From an uncultured Chloroflexia bacterium (GTDB taxonomy: Bacteria; Chloroflexota; Limnocylindria; Limnocylindrales; CSP1-4), in assembly GCA_963806175.1 (NCBI GenBank), contig CAWDXA010000011.1, forward strand, positions 199,318 through 263,317: DNA of 64,000 nt, written 5' to 3'. The position numbers and the translations under genes are program-made. The first letter of the stretch is position 1. Each line of letters opens with the position of its first letter. Below, piece by piece: positions 57,551 to 64,000 of the stretch. The notes under the pieces are model-generated. The model was not told the origin of the DNA, searched no databases, and was given only the letters and a program-made list of their open reading frames with translations.

Positions 57551-58648
57551 GACACCACCGGCTCCGGGACGGTCGTGGAAGTCACGGCCGGAACTGCGTC
57601 GCCGGGCTTCACGCCGAACCAGCGCGGAGCCAGGCGCATCGCCGCCCAGACGAGGAACAGCATCACCGGGACTTCGATGAGCGGGCCCGACCACGGTCGC
57701 GAGGGCGACGGTCGGCGAGAAGGCGGTGATGGCGATGGCGATGGCGATCTCGAAGTCGCGCCCGGTGGCGCTGAACGCGACGGCGACGGCGTCGGGGTAG
57801 GCAAAGTGCAGCCGCCAGCCGACGAACAGCACGACGAAGAACATGATCACGAAGAAGAGGATCATCGGGATGGCCATCTCGATGACGATGCCCGGCCGCT
57901 GGACGATCAGGTCGCCCTTGAGGGCGAACATCACGATCAGCGTGAACAGCAGGCCCAGGATCGACAGGGCGGTCAGCCCCGGCTTGAGCCGGTCCATCGC
58001 CGCCTCACCGCCGCGGCGCGTCACGAGGTACCGGGTCAGCACGCCCAGGATCAGCGGCAGGCCGAGATACAGGACCACGCTCTCGGCGACGACCCACACG
58101 TCGAAGTCGACATTCCCGATCAGCACCCGGGCGTAGACCGGGATGAGGATCATCTGCACGACCGAGTTGAGCGCCACGAACACGAGCGCCATCGGCGCGT
58201 TCCCCTTGGCGAGGTAGGTGAAGATGATCACCATCGCGATGCACGGCGCCAGGCCGTACAGGACCAGCCCCGTGTGGAGCTCCGGGTCGCTCACGAAGAC
58301 GTTCGCCAGGGCGAGCATCACGAATGGCGCGACGAGGTAGTTGAAGCCGAGCAGGACGAGGAGCTGGCGCGGCGACCGGGCGGCCTGGCCGACCTCGGCG
58401 AGCCGGATGTTGGTCATCGCCGGGTACATCATCGCGAACAGGCCGAGCGGCACCCCGAGCGAGACGAGGTTCGGGATCGTGGCGTCGAACGTGCCGCCGG
58501 CGATCGCCTTGATCGAGTCGATCGGCGGGGTGAGCGCGAAGTCGGAGATCGACAACGCGTTCCCGATGGCGATCCCGATCGCCATGCTGAACACGACGAA
58601 GAACGGCAGCAGCCGGAAGTCCTCGAGCTTCGCGAGCAGCCGGGTCAT
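57547..58648 (-). CDS. acr3: Arsenite efflux transporter Acr3; split by one extra base near 57683-85
   Basis: GLFAMMYPAM, LGFNYLVAP, GLAPCIAMV (conserved Cys), ALNSVVQ, ATGRDFEIAIA; the shifted frame gives VVGPLIEVPVML. Confidence 0.9.
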
Positions 58649-58695
58649 CGCGCGGACCCTCGAGCGATCGGCGCATATCTCATCACCTGGTGAGT

Positions 58696-58720
58696 ATCAC
58701 ACGATCGCGTGATGTGTAAA
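58696..58720 (-). promoter_or_regulatory. Putative acr3 promoter with palindrome ATCAC-N8-GTGAT (candidate operator)
   Basis: ATCACACGATCGCGTGAT at 58696-713, next to a minus-strand TTTACA (58720-15). Confidence 0.45.
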
Positions 58721-58849
58721 GGGAGCCAATCGGCCCGAATCGAGGGCCGGTCGGCACCCTCTCCTCGGTCGTGTTCGCCGGCCGTCCGTGACGGCCCGCG
58801 ATCGTCTGCACCCGCGCGCTGCAGACCCCTGCGACCCGGAGGACGAAGG

Positions 58850-59335
58850 CTACCGCTCCGGCTTGAGCAGGTCCGGCGGGAGGAGCCAGCGCAGGGTGCC
58901 GCCGCCGGGCTCGAGCGGGCGGCCCACGTCGATCCGGGCCAGTGCGCCCTTCCGCATCGGTACCCGCGACGTGTCGCACAGGATTGTGACCAGGTCCGTG
59001 AAGTCCGGGTCGTGGCCGACGATCACCGGCCGGTCCGGGTCGCCGGCCGCGCGCAGGACGCGCTCCAGCTCATCGAGGCCGAGCGCCGCGCCGAGCCGTT
59101 CGTCGACGGTCACCGGCACGCCGAGGAGGCGCCCGACGATCTCCGCGGTCTGGGCAGCCCTGGCCTTGGGCGACGTGATCAGCGCGTCGGGTTGGAAGCC
59201 CATCGCGGCGAGGAACCGTCCGAGCCGCTCCGCCTGCTTCTGGCCCTTGTCCGACAGCGGCCGGCGGTCGTCGGGACCGTCCCAGGCAAGGGGATCGCCG
59301 GCGTCGGCATGTCGGAGGAGATGCAGCTGGGTCAC
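58850..59335 (-). CDS. SixA-like histidine phosphatase
   Basis: LHLLRHADA (RHG-like), RPLSDKG, SPKARAAQTA, VIVGHDPDF. Confidence 0.87.
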   Translation of the reverse strand: MTQLHLLRHADAGDPLAWDGPDDRRPLSDKGQKQAERLGRFLAAMGFQPDALITSPKARAAQTAEIVGRLLGVPVTVDERLGAALGLDELERVLRAAGDPDRPVIVGHDPDFTDLVTILCDTSRVPMRKGALARIDVGRPLEPGGGTLRWLLPPDLLKPER

Positions 59336-59348
59336 GGCAACGCCGAGC

Positions 59349-59819
59349 CTACCGTGGTCGGGCCCCGGTCGTCGCGCCGGCCTCGCTGCGGGCCCGGATC
59401 GCGAGCGGTACGAACTGGTTGATCCGCTCGCCGATCTGGATGAACACGCGGCGGAACACCGCCAGCCGCTCCGCCTCGGTGCCGGTCGCCTCCGCCGGGT
59501 CCTCGTAGCCCCAGTGGAGCGACTGGTGGACACCCGGGAAGACCGGGCAGGCCTGGCGGGCCTGGTCGCACACGGTGACGACATAGTCGAACCGTTGGCC
59601 GAGGTACTCGGTCACCGACTTCGAGCGGGCCCACGAGGCGTCGATGCCGGCTTCGCCCAGCGTCCTCAGCGTGAGCGGGTTGATCCCCTTCGGCTCGGTG
59701 CCGGCGGAATGGACCTCGAACCGTTCGCCGCCCTTCGTCCGCAGCAGTGCTTCCGCCATCACGCTCCGGGCGGAGTTCCCGGTGCACACGAACAGCACGC
59801 GGATCGGCGTCTCGTTCAT
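59349..59819 (-). CDS. arsC: Thioredoxin-coupled arsenate reductase (LMW-PTP fold)
   Basis: LFVCTGNSARS (CX5R), VVTVCDQARQACPVFPG (resolving Cys pair), HWGYEDP; ATG overlaps the phoU stop. Confidence 0.9.
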   Translation of the reverse strand: MNETPIRVLFVCTGNSARSVMAEALLRTKGGERFEVHSAGTEPKGINPLTLRTLGEAGIDASWARSKSVTEYLGQRFDYVVTVCDQARQACPVFPGVHQSLHWGYEDPAEATGTEAERLAVFRRVFIQIGERINQFVPLAIRARSEAGATTGARPR

Positions 59820-60536
59820 GGGTTCAGGTCCTCCACGTCGCCGGTGACCAGGTAGACGACGTCTTCGGCGATGTTGGTGGCGCGGTCGCCGATCCGTTCG
59901 AGGTAGTGCGAGGCGATGATGATCCGGGTGCCCCGTTCCACGTTCGCCGGGTCCTGCCCGCATCAGCTCGAGGACCTTGTCGAAGGTCGCGTGGTAGAGC
60001 CGATCGATCTCGTCGTCCTGGACGGCGATCTCGCGAGCCTGGACCGCGTCCGAGTCCACGAGCGCCCGCAGGATGCCGTGGATGAGCACGGCGCCTCGCT
60101 CGGCCATCTCCGGCAGGTGGATGTAGCCCTCGAGCGGCGGCTCCGGGGCGAGCTTGAGGGTCTGCTTGGCGAGCGAGGAGGCGTGATCGCCCATCCGCTC
60201 GAGCTCGTAGGTCACGTGATCCAGGGTCAGCAGGTAGCGCAGGTCGCGGGCGACGGGCTGCTGCGTGGCGATCGTGACGGAGATCAACCGCGAGACGCCG
60301 CGCTGGGCCTCGTTGATGATGGCGTCGCCGGTGATCACGTCCATGGCCAGCGCCGTGTCGTGCGTCGTCAGCGCCCGGCTCGCCTGGCGGATGGCCGCCT
60401 CGACCAGGCTGCCCATGCGCAGCACCGAATCGCGGATCAGCTGCTCCTCGCGGTCCAGCGTCTCGCGCGGTGCCGACGCATGGGGCGTCTCGGCGACGGC
60501 CGCCGGATCGATCGGATCGTTGGCCTGCGCATCCAT
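59816..60536 (-). CDS. phoU: Phosphate signalling protein PhoU; split by one extra G near 59957-59
   Basis: QQPVARDLR, ELERMGDHA, DDEIDRLY; shifted frame gives HYLERIGDRATNIAEDVVYLVTG. Confidence 0.92.
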
Positions 60537-60582
60537 CGTGCTCTCCCGCAATCGGTCCCGGTCGGTCACGGCTGGGTCCCGC

Positions 60583-61458
60583 TCAACCGAACCGACCGGA
60601 CACGTAGTCCTCGGTCAGTTGCTGCTTGGGGTTGGTGAAGATCTCGATCGTATCGGCCATCTCGACCAGGTAGCCGGCTCGATCTTCGCCCATCGTCAGG
60701 AACGCCGTCTGGTCGCTTACCCTCGATGCCTGCTGCATGTTGTGGGTGACGATCACGATGGTGTAGTCGCGCTTGAGCTCGACCATGAGGCTCTCGACCT
60801 GCAGGGTGGCGATCGGGTCGAGCGCCGAGCAGGGCTCGTCCATCAGCAGGACGTCCGGTTCGAGCGCGAGCGCCCGCGCGATGCACAGCCGCTGCTGCTG
60901 CCCGCCGGACAGGGAGGTGCCGCCGGCCCGGAGCTTGTCCTTCACCTCGTCCCACAGGGCTGCCTGCCGCAGGCACCGCTCGACGAGCTCGCCCTCGGCG
61001 GCCTTGCCGGTGACCAGCCCGTTGAAGCGCGCCGGTGCAGCGACGTTGTCGTGGATGGACATGGTCGGGAACGGGTTCGGCTGCTGGAAGACCATGCCGA
61101 TCGTGCGGCGCACGGCGACCGGGTCGATGTCGGGAGCGTACAGGTCGATCCCGCGGTACGCGACCCGTCCCTCGACACGGGCGCCCGGGGTGAGCTCGTG
61201 CATCCGGTTGATGCATCGCAGGAGCGTGGACTTCCCGCAGCCGGACGGTCCGATGATGGCCGTGATGGCGTTGGACCGGACGGGTAGCGAGACCTCGCGG
61301 ACGACCCGGCGGGCCCCGTACCAGGCGTTGACGTCGGTCAGCTCGACCGCGAAGTCTGCAGGCGCGGACACCTCCGCATTGTGGCCTGCCGTCGGCATCG
61401 ACCCGACAGGCGCCGGCTCGACGGGCGGCGGCTCGAGGCGGATCAGGGCGGCGGTCAT
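60583..61458 (-). CDS. pstB: Phosphate ABC transporter ATP-binding protein
   Basis: [56 protein letters not shown]; SD GAGGAG before ATG 61458. Confidence 0.95.
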   Translation of the reverse strand: MTAALIRLEPPPVEPAPVGSMPTAGHNAEVSAPADFAVELTDVNAWYGARRVVREVSLPVRSNAITAIIGPSGCGKSTLLRCINRMHELTPGARVEGRVAYRGIDLYAPDIDPVAVRRTIGMVFQQPNPFPTMSIHDNVAAPARFNGLVTGKAAEGELVERCLRQAALWDEVKDKLRAGGTSLSGGQQQRLCIARALALEPDVLLMDEPCSALDPIATLQVESLMVELKRDYTIVIVTHNMQQASRVSDQTAFLTMGEDRAGYLVEMADTIEIFTNPKQQLTEDYVSGRFG

Positions 61459-61502
61459 GTCGGTGGCTCCTCGGCGATCTGGCTCGGCTGGCTGGTTGGC
61501 GG

Positions 61503-62377
61503 TCATCGCTGATCCGCGGGGCGGGCGCGCCGGGCGATCCAGCGACCCAGGAGGTTGAAACCCAGCACGATGACGACCAGGACGAGCGCGGTGCCCATTG
61601 CCCGGTCGCGGGCCGCCGGGAACGCGGAATTGAGCGCGTTCCGGTAGATCAGCAGCGGCATCGCCTGGACGGGTTCGTTCATGTCGAGCGTGAAGAAGTT
61701 GTTGCCCAGGGCGGTGAAGATCAGAGGGCGCGGTCTCGCCGATGGCCCGCGACACCGCGAGGAGGATCCCGGTGATGATCCCCGACAGCGCCGTCGGGAA
61801 TGAAGACCGACAGGAACGACCTCCAGCGGAGCATGCCCAGCGCCCGCGTGCCCTCGTCGATGCGCCGGTCGGTGAGCCGCAGCAGCTCGTCCGATGCGAC
61901 CACGATCACCGGCAGCTCGATGACCGCCAGGGCGACCGCGCCCGCGAATCCCGAGAAATGCCCGGTGGTGACGACGACCAGCGAGTAGACGAAGATCCCG
62001 ACCACGATCGAGGGGAGACCGGCCAGGACGTCCACGACGAAGCGGACGGCGACGGCGACGCGGCCGCCGATCTCGCGCGCGAAGACCGCCACGGCGATCC
62101 CGGCCGGCACGGCGATCAGCGTCGCGAGCCCGGTCATCATGAGGGTGCCGACGACGGCGTTCCGGATCCCCCCGCCGGTCGCACTCAGGTCGCCCGGCGG
62201 GTCCGAGCTGAAGAACTCGAGCGAGATCGACCGGACGCCCTGGCTCACCAGGAACAGCGAGATCGCGACCAGCGGGACGATCGCCACGAGAAGGGCCAGC
62301 CAGGCGCAGACCTCGAGGGCCCGATCCTTGGCGTGCCGGGAGCGCGATGTCGCGCGCAGGCGGTCGGACGCCGCCAT
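61503..62377 (-). CDS. pstA: Phosphate ABC transporter permease PstA; split by one extra base near 61796
   Basis: [20 protein letters not shown]; shifted frame gives [18 protein letters not shown]. Confidence 0.9.
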
Positions 62378-62381
62378 CGTG

Positions 62382-63350
62382 CTAGGCGACACGGCCCACG
62401 CCTCCCGCGAAGCGCTGGCGAATGAGGATCGCGGCGCCGTTGACCAGCACCGAGATCACCAGCAGGACCAGGCCAAGGGCGATCAGCGCCTCGGGGTGCA
62501 GCTCCTGGTTGGCCTCGTTGAACTCGTTGGCGATCACCGACGCCAGGGTGAACCCCGGGCTGAAGATGGACGCCCCGATCTTCGGCGCGTTGCCGATGAC
62601 CATGGTCACCGCGATCGTCTCGCCGATGGCCCGCGCAAGCCCGAGGATGATGGCGGCCAGCACGCCGCTCCGACCGAGCGGGATGACCACCGTCCGGATG
62701 ACGTCCCAGCGCGTCCCGCCGAGGGCGCTGACGGCCTCGCGCTGGAGGCGGGGCGTGGCGGCGAAGACCTCGCGACTGAGGGCGGCGATGATCGGGATGA
62801 TCATGATCGAGACGACGACACCGGCGGCGAAGTAGCTTGGCCCGGGCGTCGGTCCGGCCAGGAACGGGACGACCTTCCCGACGGTGCCCGCCACGGCCTG
62901 CTCGAACGGCCGCAGGAACGGGACCAGCACCAGCAGGCCCCACAGGCCGTAGACCACCGAGGGGATGGCGGCGAGCAGGTCGACCGTGACCGCCACGGCG
63001 CTCCGCGCGCGGGGCGGCAGGATCTCCGTGACCAGGAGCGCGATGAGGACGGCCACGGGGACCGCGATGAGCATCGCGATGGCCGACGTCAGGAGGGTCC
63101 CGTAGATGAACGGCAAGGCCCCGTAGATCGTGAACGACGGGGCCCACCGGACGCCGGTCACGAAGCCGGGGATCCCGAAGCGCTGCCAGACCGGGACGGT
63201 CTCGGCGAACGTGTCAACCATCATCCACAGGACCGGGACCACGACCAGCAGCGCAACCGCGCGGAGCCCCAGCCGGAACCATCCGTCCTGGCCGAGCCCG
63301 CGAGGCCGCCGCAACGCGTGGATGCCCTCGGGTCGCGAGGTCGTCGTCAA
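62382..63350 (-). CDS. pstC: Phosphate ABC transporter permease PstC (TTG start)
   Basis: YGALPFIYGTL, LAAIPSVVYGLWG, LARAIGETIAV, TLASVIANEFNEA. Confidence 0.93.
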   Translation of the reverse strand: MTTTSRPEGIHALRRPRGLGQDGWFRLGLRAVALLVVVPVLWMMVDTFAETVPVWQRFGIPGFVTGVRWAPSFTIYGALPFIYGTLLTSAIAMLIAVPVAVLIALLVTEILPPRARSAVAVTVDLLAAIPSVVYGLWGLLVLVPFLRPFEQAVAGTVGKVVPFLAGPTPGPSYFAAGVVVSIMIIPIIAALSREVFAATPRLQREAVSALGGTRWDVIRTVVIPLGRSGVLAAIILGLARAIGETIAVTMVIGNAPKIGASIFSPGFTLASVIANEFNEANQELHPEALIALGLVLLVISVLVNGAAILIRQRFAGGVGRVA

Positions 63351-63371
63351 CCATCCCTCCGAGAAGGCGGC

Positions 63372-63407
63372 GAAAGCCACCCGGGTTCGAGCTCCCGGGT
63401 GGCTTTC
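63372..63407 (-). terminator. 14-bp hairpin between pstS and pstC (mRNA stabiliser or partial terminator)
   Basis: GAAAGCCACCCGGG-TTCGAGCT-CCCGGGTGGCTTTC. Confidence 0.7.
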
Positions 63408-63426
63408 CCGGCCGGGAACTAGCCGA

Positions 63427-64000
63427 TCACGGGAGGAGTGGCGTGCCGGCCCAGTTCAGGGACTTCACCGCCGCCTCGTCCTGGGCGAGAAGACTAGCGG
63501 GGATCGAGCCGTAGAACAGCGGCGAGGCGTCGGCCTGGCCGTCGTGGATCGCCCACCAGAGGAAGTCGACCAGCGCGTTCGCCCGATCCTGGCTCTTGAG
63601 CACCTTCGACAGGTCCTTGTAGACGATGATCCAGGTCGTGCCGGTGATCGGGTAGCCCTGCGGCGAGTCCGTGTTGGCGAGGTCGAACCGAAGATCGCCC
63701 GGGTACGACGCGAGGTCGGCGGCTGCCTTCACCGAGTCCAGCGACGGCACGATGAAGTTGCCGGCCTTGTTCTGGAGCGTCGCGAACGGGATGTTGTTCT
63801 TGAGCGCGTAGGCGAGCTCAATGTAGCCCACGCCGCCGTCGGTCTGGTTGATCCCCTGGGTCACGCCCTCGTTGCCGGAGGCGCCGAGACCGGTCGGCCA
63901 CTCGACCTCCTTGCCGGCCGACTTGGTGGGATCGCCGCCGCCGACCGCCGTGACCCAGTCCGGGCTGACGGCCGTCAGGTAGGTGGTGAAGATGCTGGTG
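63427..64000 (-). CDS. pstS: Phosphate ABC transporter substrate-binding protein, 3' part (5' end outside window)
   Basis: IFTTYLTAVSPDW, EVEWPTGLGASGNEGV, GYIELAYA, LQNKAGNF, YPITGTTWII. Confidence 0.93.
   Translation of the reverse strand, partial: TSIFTTYLTAVSPDWVTAVGGGDPTKSAGKEVEWPTGLGASGNEGVTQGINQTDGGVGYIELAYALKNNIPFATLQNKAGNFIVPSLDSVKAAADLASYPGDLRFDLANTDSPQGYPITGTTWIIVYKDLSKVLKSQDRANALVDFLWWAIHDGQADASPLFYGSIPASLLAQDEAAVKSLNWAGTPLLP

Noticed and set aside
57215-58648. Apparent Acr3-ArsR fusion protein (477 aa in the ORF track)
   Set aside because: One extra base near 57684 shifts acr3 into the arsR frame; the true Acr3 C-terminus (GPLIEVPVML) is in another frame and arsR has its own ATGA-coupled start.
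59349-60569. Apparent PhoU-ArsC fusion (406 aa in the ORF track)
   Set aside because: It is caused by the extra base near 59958; the conserved PhoU end (ERIGDRATNIAE) with its own stop is in another frame.

Overview
This window is a very GC-rich (roughly 70% by eye) bacterial chromosome segment, gene-dense and mostly housekeeping or metabolic. The gene content resembles Chloroflexota/Actinomycetota; that placement is inference only. I found no rRNA, tRNA, CRISPR array, transposase or phage gene. From left to right it carries: (1) a ferritin-like/VIT1 transporter, cupin, Lrp-ECF sigma-ZAS anti-sigma cluster, lgt, an acyltransferase, transsulfuration genes, menA-like, pckA, mdh and a degenerate second Lgt; (2) a ~15 kb reductive pyrimidine-catabolism region (mmsA, hydA, beta-ureidopropionase, class III aminotransferase, NitT/TauT ABC transporter) with no PreT/PreA dehydrogenase but a CPS_4043-type LLM/F420 oxidoreductase in its place, plus a co-transcribed anti-sigma kinase/STAS/PP2C partner-switch; (3) an mmdADCB-type Na+-translocating biotin decarboxylase directly downstream; (4) a TetR/ester-cyclase pair and a P-type ATPase flanked by two transporter relics; (5) upp, a class 3 asparaginase, a J-domain protein, a DtxR-like regulator with altered metal ligands, and gltX; (6) a dispersed Pho region (response regulator, DUF47-pit, proS, J-domain protein, PhoR-like kinase, collapsed EEP gene, GDPD); (7) an arsenic cluster (arsM, two ArsR, Trx-like protein, ArsP-type permease, acr3) next to pstSCAB-phoU-arsC-sixA. 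Seven genes, including essential gltX and proS, each carry one extra base; these are most likely assembly errors. The best candidate for an undescribed system is the F420/LLM-started pyrimidine catabolic route, with its own partner-switch and a neighbouring Na+-coupled carboxyl-transfer complex. Other strong leads are a small Cys-containing protein leading the arsM transcript and a DtxR-like protein lacking its primary metal site.
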